The notes under the pieces were generated by a model. The model was not told where the DNA came from. It made no database searches and saw only the letters and a program-made list of their open reading frames with translations. A stretch of 64,000 nt of DNA from Bacteroidales bacterium. Its GTDB lineage: Bacteria > Bacteroidota > Bacteroidia > Bacteroidales > JAADGE01. Position 1 is the stretch's first letter. The number at the start of each line of letters is the position of its first letter. Of this stretch, positions 55,123 to 64,000 are shown in pieces. The stretch covers positions 32,002 to 96,001 of the forward strand of contig JAKISF010000002.1 in NCBI GenBank assembly GCA_021648725.1, in the 5' to 3' direction. The position numbers were made by a program, and so were the translations under genes.

Positions 55123-55130
55123 TATATTTG
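55123..55130 (+). promoter_or_regulatory. TAnnTTTG -7 box very close to the start codon
   Basis: TATATTTG ends 5 nt before the ATG at 55136, implying a leaderless or near-leaderless mRNA. Confidence 0.35.
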
Positions 55131-55135
55131 TATCA

Positions 55136-55597
55136 ATGTTAAAAGCAATATCACATATCATAATTTCAATTTTAGTTCTGTTTCTGTCAATAGGAATAAC
55201 CGTCAGTAAACATTACTCAAACGGAAAACTGTATTCTCAATCAGTTTTTGGAGAAGCCGAAAGTTGCGAATCTGCCGAATCTGAAGTTTGCGAAATGCAA
55301 AATACGGCAATGCAATGTGAAATGCACAACGAACAAAATGAAAATAATAACACAGAACAATCCTGTTCTTGTGAAGACACATCGGAATATCTATATTTTG
55401 ATGCAATTTATACAGTTGCTGAAAAATTAACATTAAATCCTATTTATAAAAACTCAACTGTATTTTTTACAAGCAATATTATTGAAATATCCTCAATTGA
55501 GACCAACCGAAACACGCAATTTCAATTTTCAAACAGAAAAATGCCCGGTTTGAAAACACAAGACTTTGCTTCCTTATTCCAAATATTTCGTTGTTGA
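55136..55597 (+). CDS. small Cys/Glu-rich single-pass membrane protein, paralog 3 of 3 (divergent)
   Basis: 153 aa. It has the same architecture as the other two: a TM helix ending SIGITVSKHYSNGKLYSQSVFGEAESC, scattered Cys (VCEM, QCEM, SCSCED), and the C-terminus LFQIFRC. Confidence 0.65.
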   Translation: MLKAISHIIISILVLFLSIGITVSKHYSNGKLYSQSVFGEAESCESAESEVCEMQNTAMQCEMHNEQNENNNTEQSCSCEDTSEYLYFDAIYTVAEKLTLNPIYKNSTVFFTSNIIEISSIETNRNTQFQFSNRKMPGLKTQDFASLFQIFRC

Positions 55598-55756
55598 TTT
55601 TAGAATCAAACTAAAAGTTATCGTATTTTATTAAAAGTTCATTTTTATTAATGCTTTCAAATTAATATACGGTTTAATACGCAAGTTTTATTTAAGTATA
55701 TTTTAACTTAAATATTGCTCAACAAAAAACTTTTATACATTCTAAAATACAAAACA

Positions 55757-56281
55757 ATGAAAAATATAATAATAATTGCCGCAGCAGTTTTAATCAGTGT
55801 AACATCATATGCACAAATAAAACTCAGCAGCAAATTAAATTCAAATACAAAAGTTGTCAAAATAGATGAGAATAACTATAAATCTTACAATTTTAACTCA
55901 AAAGACAACACCGTTCAGATTTTCAACTTAGACAATACACTTTGGAAAACAGTAACTCTTAATATACCCGAAGATGCTTTTTTCGATGAAATTTTACACA
56001 TCTCAAACAGTATAATTAATAAAGACGAACAAGTTGAGATTGTTTATACAACCTACAAAGAAACATATTCCGATGTTTTCGATGAGGTAGAAAGCATTGC
56101 CTATGAAAATTACAACCTTATAATTATTAATGAAAAAGGTGAAGAACTCCTAAATGTAAAAGGAGGTATCTCTTTTAATATCTTAAACAAAAGTGATGCT
56201 TCCGATATCATTATTATCAATACACTTATAAAAAATGAATTCGATAATATTAAAAAAACACTTGTTTATTCAATATTCTGA
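55757..56281 (+). CDS. hypothetical secreted protein
   Basis: Start set at the ATG giving a clean signal peptide (MKNIIIIAAAVLISVTSYAQ); the track ORF starts at TTG 55715. No recognisable motifs. Confidence 0.6.
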   Translation: MKNIIIIAAAVLISVTSYAQIKLSSKLNSNTKVVKIDENNYKSYNFNSKDNTVQIFNLDNTLWKTVTLNIPEDAFFDEILHISNSIINKDEQVEIVYTTYKETYSDVFDEVESIAYENYNLIIINEKGEELLNVKGGISFNILNKSDASDIIIINTLIKNEFDNIKKTLVYSIF

Positions 56282-56330
56282 TAAATAATTGTAACTTTAA
56301 AAAAATATTAACATATAAAACTCTTTTAAA

Positions 56331-56714
56331 ATGGAATATTACAACAATAAATTTGTCGATACCGACATAGAAACAGCAACAGAACTAATAAAAACAGAAC
56401 TTCAAAAAGAAGGTTTCGGCATTGTTACCCAATTTGATGTCAACAAAGCATTAAAAGAAAAAATGGATTTGGATTTTCGACCATACAGAATTTTGGGAGC
56501 TTGTAATCCGCCGTTTGCATTAAAATCTATTAATGCCGAAGATAAAATAGGAACCTTATTGCCTTGCAATGTTATGTTACAGGAAGAAAACGGTAAAACC
56601 GAAATCGCTATTATTAATCCTGTTGCAATGATACAGTCAATTGAAAACAAAGAAATGAAAGAAATTGCAAAAGAAATTGCCGAAAAGTTAAATTCAGCAT
56701 TAAAAAATGTCTGA
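56331..56714 (+). CDS. DUF302 domain protein
   Basis: 127 aa. The GFGIVTQFDV...L........YRILGACNP..A pattern matches DUF302. Confidence 0.8.
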   Translation: MEYYNNKFVDTDIETATELIKTELQKEGFGIVTQFDVNKALKEKMDLDFRPYRILGACNPPFALKSINAEDKIGTLLPCNVMLQEENGKTEIAIINPVAMIQSIENKEMKEIAKEIAEKLNSALKNV

Positions 56715-56750
56715 TTATAATCTAATGTCTTAAATCTAAATTATAAAAAA

Positions 56751-59700
56751 ATGTTAAATAAAATTATAAAATTTTTCCTCGAAAATAAGCTGGTAACATT
56801 TATGTTTCTTGCCATATTTATAATGTGGGGAGTTGTATCATCGCCCTTCGGCTGGGAAACATTTTTACCCTCCGATCCGGTTCCGGTCGATGCCATTCCC
56901 GACATAGGAGAAAACCAACAAATAGTTTATACCGAATGGTCAGGACGATCACCGCGAGATATCGAAGATCAAATTTCATATCCGCTGACAACAGCATTAC
57001 TCGGCATTCCCGGCGTAAAAACAATAAGAAGTAATTCAATATTCGGATTATCAAGCATTTATTTAATTTTTGAAGACGGTGTCGATTTTTACTGGAGCAG
57101 AACAAGAATTCTTGAAAAATTAAATTCTTTGCCTCCCGGAACTTTGCCCGATGAAGTAAAGCCTGCATTAGGCCCTGATGCTACGGCTCTCGGCCAAATA
57201 TATTGGTACACGCTTGAAGGCAGAGATAAAGACGGGAATCCCGCAGGAGGTTGGGAACCGCATGAACTCCGAACAATACAAGATTTCTATGTTCGCTACG
57301 GACTGACTTCCGCAAAAGGAGTCTCCGAAGTTGCTTCAATCGGCGGTTTTGTGAAAGAATACCAAATCGACATTGACCCGAATGCCATGAAAGCATACGG
57401 AGTAAATGTTTCACAAATTATAAATGCCGTTAAAAACAGTAATCTTGATATAGGAGCAAGAACAATCGAATTTAACAGAACGGAATATCTTGTAAGAGCT
57501 TTGGGTTATATCAAAAACCTTGAAGATTTGGAAGAAAGCGTAGTTGCCGTAAATAGTAATACGCCCGTAAGGTTAAAAGATGTTGCAAAAATCTCTTTCG
57601 GACCGGCAACTCGAAGAGGCGGACTTGATAAAGGCGGCTCGGAAGCCGTTGGCGGTGTTGTAGTTGCTCGTTACGGTGCAAATCCGATGGAAGTTATCAA
57701 AAATCTGAAAGAAAAAATTAAAGAAATTTCTCCCGGTTTATCAAGCAAAACCCTTGCAGACGGAACAGTTTCAAAAGTAACAATTGTACCTTTTTACGAC
57801 CGTACAGGTTTAATAAAAGAAACGCTCGGAACGCTTGAAGAAGCTCTTACTCTCGAAATCCTTATCAGCATCATCGTTGTTTTGATTTTGGTTATGAACC
57901 TTCGAGCATCTTTCTTAATATCAAGTTTGCTTCCGATTGGTGTTTTAATGACATTCATCGTCATGCGGCGTTTCGGTGTTGATGCAAACATTGTTGCACT
58001 TTCCGGTATCGCAATTGCAATAGGCGTAATGGTCGATGTGGGGGTCGTCTTTACCGAAAATATTATCCGGCATCTCGAAATGGCGAAGAATGTCGGAGTA
58101 AGAGGTAAAAACCTCGTAAAAGTTATTTATGAAGGAACAACGGAAGTTGCCGGAGCTGTTATTACTGCTCTTACAACAACGGTTGTAAGTTTCTTGCCGG
58201 TATTTGCCATGCAAGCCGCAGAAGGAAAGCTATTTCGACCTTTAGCTTTTACCAAAACTTTTGCCATGATTTCGGCATTGGTAATCGGATTAATGTTTAT
58301 TCCGGTTCTTGCAAATATGGTTTTTTCGATAAGACCCTCAAAAAATCTTAAAAAATATATCTCAAACGGAGTTGTAATTGTAGCCGGTATTGTTTTGGCA
58401 ATTGCTGCAAAATCCGTCATTGCACTTGCTTTAGTTTTAATAGGAATAAACAATTTACTGTCTGAGAAGTGGAGTGAAAAACGAAAAAAATACACAAACC
58501 GTATAAATATTTTCATCACATTAAGTATTGTAATCTTCTTTTTAACAAGAGAATGGATGCCTTTGGGTGCTCAAAACAGCCTGTTTGTCAACTATATATT
58601 TGTTATGCTGATTATCGGGGTTGTTCTCGGGGCATTAATGTCTGTTGTTCATTATTATACACAGATTTTAACTTGGAGTTTAGAAAATAAAAAGAAATTT
58701 CTTGCAATTCCTGTTTTTGTAATTCTTTTCGGAATTTTATCCTGGCAAGGTGCAGAAAAACTGTTTGGTTTTATGCCTAAATTTGTAAAGGAAAGTAAAG
58801 CGTGGAGCTCTTTCGAAAAAGTTTTTCCCGGAACAGGAAAAGAATTTATGCCGAATTTAGATGAAGGCTCTTTCTTGTTGATGCCTACAACAATGCCTCA
58901 TTCAGGAATTGAAGAAAACCTTGACGTTATACAATTACTGGATAAAAGAGTAAACAACATTCCGGAGGTTAAAACCGTTGTCGGAAAATGGGGACGTGCA
59001 AATTCAGCACTTGACCCGGCACCTACCTCAATGTATGAAAATATCATAAACTACAGATCGGAGTTTATTGTTGATGAAGACGGTTCAAAACAAAGATTCC
59101 GAATTAATGATGACAATGACTTTGTTTTGAAAGACGGAACAACATTTAATCAAACAAAAGATGAGTTTCGTGTTATTGAAAGATCGGAACTTATTCCTGA
59201 TGAAGACGGTAAATATTTTCGCCAATGGCGACCCGAAATAAAATCCACCGATGATATTTGGAAAGAAATCGTAAGCAAATCCAAAATACCCGGCTTAACT
59301 TCCGCACCAAAATTACAACCGATTCAAACACGACTTGTGATGTTACAAACCGGTATGCGAGCACCAATGGGAATTAAAGTCTTCGGACCCGATTTGGAAA
59401 CTATTGAAAAAACGGCTTACGAAATAGAACACCATCTTAAATTTGTAAAAGGTGTAAAGGCATCTTCAGTTTTTGCCGACAGGGTCGTAGGAAAACCGTA
59501 TATTGAATTGAATATCAAACGAAAAGCTATTGCACGATACGGACTGACAATTAAGGATTTGCAAAGAGCAATAGGAACAACAATAGGCGGAATGCCTTTA
59601 ACTTCAACCGTTGAAGGTCGCGAACGTTTTCCGGTTCGTGTTCGATATGCTCGTGAGTTCAGAGATAGTCCGGATGAATTAAAGAAAATTCTGATACCGA

Positions 59701-60557
59701 CAAAAAGCGGAGCACAAATCCCTCTCGGAGAGCTTGTTGACATTGAATACACAAGAGGCCCGCAATTGATTAAAAGTGAAAACACTTTCCTTGTAGGCTA
59801 TGTTATTTTTGATAAAAAAGACGGATTTGCCGAAGTTGATGTTGTTGAAAGTGCTCAGAAATATTTAGAAGAAAAAATTGACAAAGGAGAACTTATAATT
59901 CCGGCAGGTGTAAACTATATATTTACAGGCAATTATGAAAATCAAGTAAGAGCAAGTAAAAGATTGCTGTTGGTTGTTCCTATTTCTTTATTATTGATTT
60001 TTTTAATCTTATATTTCCAATTCGGAAAAGTGCAACCTTCATTAATGGTATTTTCAGGGATTTTTGTTGCATTTTCCGGCGGTTTCATCATGATTTGGCT
60101 GTATGGTCAACCATGGTTTATGGATTTCTCCTTTGCCGGAGTTAACATTCGGGAAATGTTCAGCATGCATTCCATTAATTTAAGTGTAGCTGTTTGGGTC
60201 GGATTTATCGCCCTTTTCGGAATTGCAACCGACGACGGTGTAATTGTAGGAACCTATTTAAAGCAAGTTTTTGAACGTAACAATCCGCAGACCGTTGCTG
60301 AAGTCAGAAAATCGGTTATCGAAGCCGGCTCAAAACGAGTTCGTCCGGCAATGATGACTGCTGCAACAACAATCATAGCATTAATTCCGGTGCTCACATC
60401 AACCGGTAAAGGTGCTGATATTATGGTGCCGATGGCAATCCCGTCTTTTGGCGGAATGATCATTCAAGTAATGACCATGTTTGTTGTGCCGGTGCTTTAC
60501 AGCACCTGGCAAGAAGGAAAAGTTAAAAAAAATAACAAAACCCTACAGGAGGCTTAA
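56751..60557 (+). CDS. cusA: CusA/CzcA-family heavy-metal efflux RND permease (long form)
   Basis: 1268 aa. The N-terminus has FFLENKLVTFMF and DAIPDIGENQQIV. RND periplasmic and TM repeats are present, with the conserved GIATDDGV region near the C-terminus. Confidence 0.92.
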   Translation: MLNKIIKFFLENKLVTFMFLAIFIMWGVVSSPFGWETFLPSDPVPVDAIPDIGENQQIVYTEWSGRSPRDIEDQISYPLTTALLGIPGVKTIRSNSIFGLSSIYLIFEDGVDFYWSRTRILEKLNSLPPGTLPDEVKPALGPDATALGQIYWYTLEGRDKDGNPAGGWEPHELRTIQDFYVRYGLTSAKGVSEVASIGGFVKEYQIDIDPNAMKAYGVNVSQIINAVKNSNLDIGARTIEFNRTEYLVRALGYIKNLEDLEESVVAVNSNTPVRLKDVAKISFGPATRRGGLDKGGSEAVGGVVVARYGANPMEVIKNLKEKIKEISPGLSSKTLADGTVSKVTIVPFYDRTGLIKETLGTLEEALTLEILISIIVVLILVMNLRASFLISSLLPIGVLMTFIVMRRFGVDANIVALSGIAIAIGVMVDVGVVFTENIIRHLEMAKNVGVRGKNLVKVIYEGTTEVAGAVITALTTTVVSFLPVFAMQAAEGKLFRPLAFTKTFAMISALVIGLMFIPVLANMVFSIRPSKNLKKYISNGVVIVAGIVLAIAAKSVIALALVLIGINNLLSEKWSEKRKKYTNRINIFITLSIVIFFLTREWMPLGAQNSLFVNYIFVMLIIGVVLGALMSVVHYYTQILTWSLENKKKFLAIPVFVILFGILSWQGAEKLFGFMPKFVKESKAWSSFEKVFPGTGKEFMPNLDEGSFLLMPTTMPHSGIEENLDVIQLLDKRVNNIPEVKTVVGKWGRANSALDPAPTSMYENIINYRSEFIVDEDGSKQRFRINDDNDFVLKDGTTFNQTKDEFRVIERSELIPDEDGKYFRQWRPEIKSTDDIWKEIVSKSKIPGLTSAPKLQPIQTRLVMLQTGMRAPMGIKVFGPDLETIEKTAYEIEHHLKFVKGVKASSVFADRVVGKPYIELNIKRKAIARYGLTIKDLQRAIGTTIGGMPLTSTVEGRERFPVRVRYAREFRDSPDELKKILIPTKSGAQIPLGELVDIEYTRGPQLIKSENTFLVGYVIFDKKDGFAEVDVVESAQKYLEEKIDKGELIIPAGVNYIFTGNYENQVRASKRLLLVVPISLLLIFLILYFQFGKVQPSLMVFSGIFVAFSGGFIMIWLYGQPWFMDFSFAGVNIREMFSMHSINLSVAVWVGFIALFGIATDDGVIVGTYLKQVFERNNPQTVAEVRKSVIEAGSKRVRPAMMTAATTIIALIPVLTSTGKGADIMVPMAIPSFGGMIIQVMTMFVVPVLYSTWQEGKVKKNNKTLQEA

Positions 60558-60644
60558 AAGGCCTTGAAGCGTTTTAGAGTTTTGAATAAAAAAACGCTTT
60601 AGGTTTTCAAAAGCACCGGAAAGGTTTGTCAAAAATAAAAAAAG

Positions 60645-61868
60645 ATGAAACACATATTAATAACAATAATTATACTGGTTTCCGTAAAGATGTCCTCGGC
60701 ACAAAACAGTTTGCCGGATTATCTTGAAACAGCGGCAAAAAACAATCCGGAACTTGCATCAAAATTTAGTGACTATAATGCAAGTTTGCAAGTCGTTCCG
60801 CAGGTAAAAGTATTGCCCGATCCGCAAATTTCATTCGGTTATTTTATTATACCGGTAGAAACAAGAACGGGACCGCAACAATTTAAAATTTCGGGAAGTC
60901 AGTTTTTTCCTTGGTTCGGAACTTTAAAAGCAAAAGAAAACGCAGCAATTCACAATGCAAAAACAAAATATGAAGCATTTGAGCAAGCAAAATCAGATTT
61001 ATTTCTAAAAGTGAGAACTTCTTATTACACACTGTATTACATAGAAAAGTCAATCAATATAACAGAGGTAAACCTGATTATTCTGAGGTCATTTAAAAAA
61101 CTGGCAGCCGTAAAAGTTGAAGTCGGAAAAGCTTCGGCAACTGACGAATTAAGAATTGACATGGAGATTGCAGAACTCGAAAACAAATTGGCTTTGTTTA
61201 AAGACAGTTTTTACAGTGAAAAAGTCAAATTTAACAAACTGCTTAATGTTGATAAAGAAAGTTCAATTATAGTATCGGAAATTAAAGAGGATAATTTTAA
61301 AATTGACACACAAACGGTTCTCGACAGTATTTTGGTAAATAACCATGACCTAAAAGCATTAGATTTTAAACTAAATTCTCTGGAATACTCAAAAACAGCA
61401 GCAGAAAAAGAAGGAATGCCGAAATTTTCAGTTGGGGCAGATTATACATTTATCGGAACCGGAGAGAATAATCTTGCCGGAACCGATGCCTTTTTTGCTC
61501 CCAAAATAGGAGTTTCAATTCCTTTAAACAGAAAAAAATATAAAGCAAAAGTTTCGGAAGTTCGATTTAAACAAGATGCGGTAAAATCTAAAAAAGAAAA
61601 TATAGAAAACTTACTGGAAACCGCTCTTGAAAATGTTTTTAAGAACTATAACGATGCTGAAAGGCGTATTAAACTATATGAAAATCAAACAGAAATTGCC
61701 AAAAAAACGGTTCGATTATTAGAAAATGAATATGCCGTAAGTTCTGTTGGATTTGAAGAAATTTTACGAATGGAACGCAAAGTTCTTAATTATAACTTAT
61801 CTGTTGAGAAAGCAAAATCGGATAAAGAAAAAGCAAAAGCACAAATTTATTATTTAACGGGAAAATAG
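60645..61868 (+). CDS. TolC-family outer-membrane efflux protein
   Basis: Signal peptide and two repeat halves of coiled alpha-helical/beta segments. The N-terminal LPDYLETAAKNNPEL is typical of the TolC/CusC family. The gene sits between the RND pump and its adaptor. Confidence 0.88.
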   Translation: MKHILITIIILVSVKMSSAQNSLPDYLETAAKNNPELASKFSDYNASLQVVPQVKVLPDPQISFGYFIIPVETRTGPQQFKISGSQFFPWFGTLKAKENAAIHNAKTKYEAFEQAKSDLFLKVRTSYYTLYYIEKSINITEVNLIILRSFKKLAAVKVEVGKASATDELRIDMEIAELENKLALFKDSFYSEKVKFNKLLNVDKESSIIVSEIKEDNFKIDTQTVLDSILVNNHDLKALDFKLNSLEYSKTAAEKEGMPKFSVGADYTFIGTGENNLAGTDAFFAPKIGVSIPLNRKKYKAKVSEVRFKQDAVKSKKENIENLLETALENVFKNYNDAERRIKLYENQTEIAKKTVRLLENEYAVSSVGFEEILRMERKVLNYNLSVEKAKSDKEKAKAQIYYLTGK

Positions 61869-61946
61869 AACTGTACGATGATTCCGATATTTAATCAGTA
61901 CAAATCACAAAACCTCAGTGTACAATAAAAAACAAAATATAACATT

Positions 61947-63689
61947 ATGAAAAATCTAATTCAAAAAATAAAAGAAAATATCAAATACATACTCCCGAGT
62001 ATTCTAATCGGGTTATTATTCGGGTGGCTGTTTTTTGCCGGAGGCTCAAATTCCGGCGACACACATAATCATGACACGGAACAAACGAAAGAAACAAGGT
62101 GGACATGCTCAATGCATCCGCAAATTGATGAGCCCGAACCCGGACAATGCCCTATTTGCGGCATGGATCTGGTTCCTAAAAATACAGTAGTCTCCGATGA
62201 TGAAGCTGTTTCGGAAGATGAAATTCTGATGTCGCAATCAGCCATAAAACTTGCTGATATTCAAACCTATACCGTAGAAAAAGGAATGCCCGAGAAAAAA
62301 GTTTATTTATTGGGTAAGGCTCAGCCGGACGAACGTAAAATTGCCGAATTAACAGCACGTTTTTCAGGTAGAATTGAAAAGTTGTTCGTTAATTTTACCG
62401 GACAAAACGTAAAGAGGGGACAACGCTTAGCAACAATATATTCGCCGGAACTTGTTGCTGCACAAAAAGAATTAATGGAAGCGATTTCTTTTAAAGTTTC
62501 TAATCCGAGTTTTTATACCGCAGCACGAAGCAAACTAAAATTATGGGATTTAAGCGACCGGCAAATTGACGACATTGAAAAAAACGGAAAACCGAAGTTA
62601 TACTTTGATATCCTGTCGCCGATTTCGGGAACGGTTACAATGCGACACGTTGCTTTGGGCGATTATGTGAAAGAAGGCAATGCACTATTTCAAGTTGTAG
62701 ATTTAACAAAAATTTGGGTGCTTTTTGATGCCTATGAAAGTGATTTACCGTGGTTAAAAAAAGGCGATAAAATTAATTTTGTATTTCAATCAATACCCGG
62801 CGAAAACTTTAATGCCGAAATTACATTTATTGATCCCTTTATTAATCCGCAAACACGAGTTGCAAAAGTTCGTGTGGAATTAAAAAACCCGAACTTAAAA
62901 ATAAAACCCGAAATGTTTGTTGACGGCATTGTTCAATCAGAAATTTCAGAAGAAATGAATGATATTCTTATTCCTAAATCATCTGTATTATGGACAGGAA
63001 AACGTTCTGTTGTTTATGTGAAAGTTCCTAACAGAAAAAATCCGAGTTTCAAAATGAAAACGGTTGTTTTAGGACCGGAGGCAGGAAACTTTTATATTAT
63101 TAATTCAGGCCTGAAAGAAGGCGAAGTTATTGCGTCTAACGGAGTATTTAAAATTGATGCGGCTGCACAACTTGCCGGAGTTCCGAGCATGATGAATCCT
63201 GAAAAAGAAACAGCAGAAATTAATCTTTACAGACTGGATACTCCGAAAGAGTTTGTTTCTCAACTAAATACACTTCTCAACTCATATCTTAAAATGAAAG
63301 ATGGTTTCTTTAATGCAAAAAAAGAAGAAACTCAAAAACAAGCAAATGAGATTTTAAAAAATATTGAAAAGGTAAATATGGAACTTGTAAAAGGTGATGC
63401 TCACATGTTTTGGATGAAAAAAGCAAAAATCATAAAAAATAAAGCAAGAGTTATTGCCGAAGCTGAAAATATTGATACACAACGACGAGCATTTAAACCG
63501 CTTTCAGAAACAATGATTGATGTTTATAAAAGTTTCGGACTTGAAAACGAAACAGTATATGTTCAATTTTGCCCGATGTTTGATGAGAATAAAGGAGCTT
63601 CTTGGTTAAGTGCTCAAAAACAAATTCAAAACCCGTATTACGGCGACTTAATGCCTACTTGCGGAGAAATAAAGGATAGTATTCAATAA
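61947..63689 (+). CDS. efflux RND periplasmic adaptor (CusB-like) with an N-terminal metal-binding module and a C-terminal helical extension
   Basis: WTCSMHPQIDEPEPGQCPICGMDLVP module. The membrane-fusion-protein core is present (ARFSGRIEKLFVNFTGQNVKRGQ.LA.IYSPEL..AQ.E). About 170 extra C-terminal residues end in ...CPMFDENKGASWLS, resembling a DUF3347-type domain. Confidence 0.88.
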   Translation: MKNLIQKIKENIKYILPSILIGLLFGWLFFAGGSNSGDTHNHDTEQTKETRWTCSMHPQIDEPEPGQCPICGMDLVPKNTVVSDDEAVSEDEILMSQSAIKLADIQTYTVEKGMPEKKVYLLGKAQPDERKIAELTARFSGRIEKLFVNFTGQNVKRGQRLATIYSPELVAAQKELMEAISFKVSNPSFYTAARSKLKLWDLSDRQIDDIEKNGKPKLYFDILSPISGTVTMRHVALGDYVKEGNALFQVVDLTKIWVLFDAYESDLPWLKKGDKINFVFQSIPGENFNAEITFIDPFINPQTRVAKVRVELKNPNLKIKPEMFVDGIVQSEISEEMNDILIPKSSVLWTGKRSVVYVKVPNRKNPSFKMKTVVLGPEAGNFYIINSGLKEGEVIASNGVFKIDAAAQLAGVPSMMNPEKETAEINLYRLDTPKEFVSQLNTLLNSYLKMKDGFFNAKKEETQKQANEILKNIEKVNMELVKGDAHMFWMKKAKIIKNKARVIAEAENIDTQRRAFKPLSETMIDVYKSFGLENETVYVQFCPMFDENKGASWLSAQKQIQNPYYGDLMPTCGEIKDSIQ

Positions 63690-63849
63690 TAATTACAGAG
63701 TATTCGGATTGGTTTGAGCCAATCCCGGCATAATAGCTTTTAATTAAAATTTATATAAATGAAACTTCCGAATAAAATTTTTAATAATAAGAGCGAAGAC
63801 AGTTTTGGAAGTTCCTGTCTGACCTTTTAAAATATAAAAACAGAAAAAA

Positions 63850-64000
63850 ATGAAAAAATCAATTTTAGTATTAGTAGCTGCATTATTTTTATTCGCAGGA
63901 ACAGCAGTATTAACAAGCTGCGAAAGTGAAGAGTCTGAAAATACGGAGCATCATGAACATATGGACGGAGAAAATGCTGAAGCCGTATATGCCTGCCCTA
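63850..64000 (+). CDS. 5' end of a His-rich lipoprotein with a C-P-M-H type metal-binding module (truncated by the window edge)
   Basis: ATG at 63850 encodes MKKSILVLVAALFLFAGTAVLTSCESEESENTEHHEHMDGENAEAVYACP..., giving a lipobox LTSC, a His-rich stretch, and the beginning of a YxCPMHP-type module. It is not in the ORF track because it is open-ended. Confidence 0.6.
   Translation, partial: MKKSILVLVAALFLFAGTAVLTSCESEESENTEHHEHMDGENAEAVYACP

Noticed and set aside
1-64000. tRNA, rRNA, tmRNA or other structured RNA genes in the intergenic regions.
   Set aside because: No GTTCGAATC/GGTTCAAATCC-type T-loop boxes or GC-rich cloverleaf-like segments were noticed. The intergenic regions are short and AT-rich. 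A covariance-model scan would be needed to be certain.

Overview
This is a low-GC window, roughly one-third G+C by eye, and it looks like a Bacteroidota-type chromosome. It has T9SS (Por) C-terminal sorting tails, TAnnTTTG -7 promoter boxes, many lipoproteins and OM beta-barrels. No rRNA, tRNA or CRISPR array was seen. All product calls come from reading motifs in the supplied translations; no searches were run.

The window has four blocks:

1. 0.1-8.7 kb: two adjacent paralogous giant multihaem c-type cytochromes. One has 26 CxxCH motifs in 1968 aa and is fused to Ig-like repeats and a parallel beta-helix. The other has 19 CxxCH plus one CxxxCH in 840 aa. They sit just downstream of the 3' end of a T9SS cargo gene.

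2. 8.7-39.5 kb: mostly core genes (DUF177-rpmF, fabH, accB, accC, bactofilin, gcvP, polyprenyl synthase, MscS, UbiD-like decarboxylase, recX, mutL). A surface-polysaccharide set is interleaved (fcl, gmd, two Wzx-type flippases, a hexapeptide acyltransferase, a sulfotransferase), along with a PP2C phosphatase / Ser-Thr kinase pair.

3. 39.6-40.4 kb: a small SH3b-type lipoprotein gene killed by a 232-bp MITE-like insertion. The insertion has 14-bp terminal inverted repeats and a 6-bp target-site duplication, and the gene carries a second frame disruption.

4. 42-64 kb: a copper/silver-type metal island. It holds an HMA-AraC regulator, a CopA P-type ATPase, a His/Met-rich lipoprotein, two small c-type cytochromes, a porin, an HMA protein, DUF302, and a CusA-TolC-CusB efflux set.

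The island is punctuated by three paralogous small Cys-rich membrane proteins, each heading a transcription unit. It is interrupted at 46.6-51.1 kb by a fibre/adhesin cassette of one small T9SS cargo, two fibre-like genes with a shared N-terminal block, and one gene remnant. Two roughly 93%-identical copies of the small gene bracket that cassette.

The most interesting candidates are the cytochrome/beta-helix fusion pair and the repeated small Cys-rich leader proteins of the metal island.
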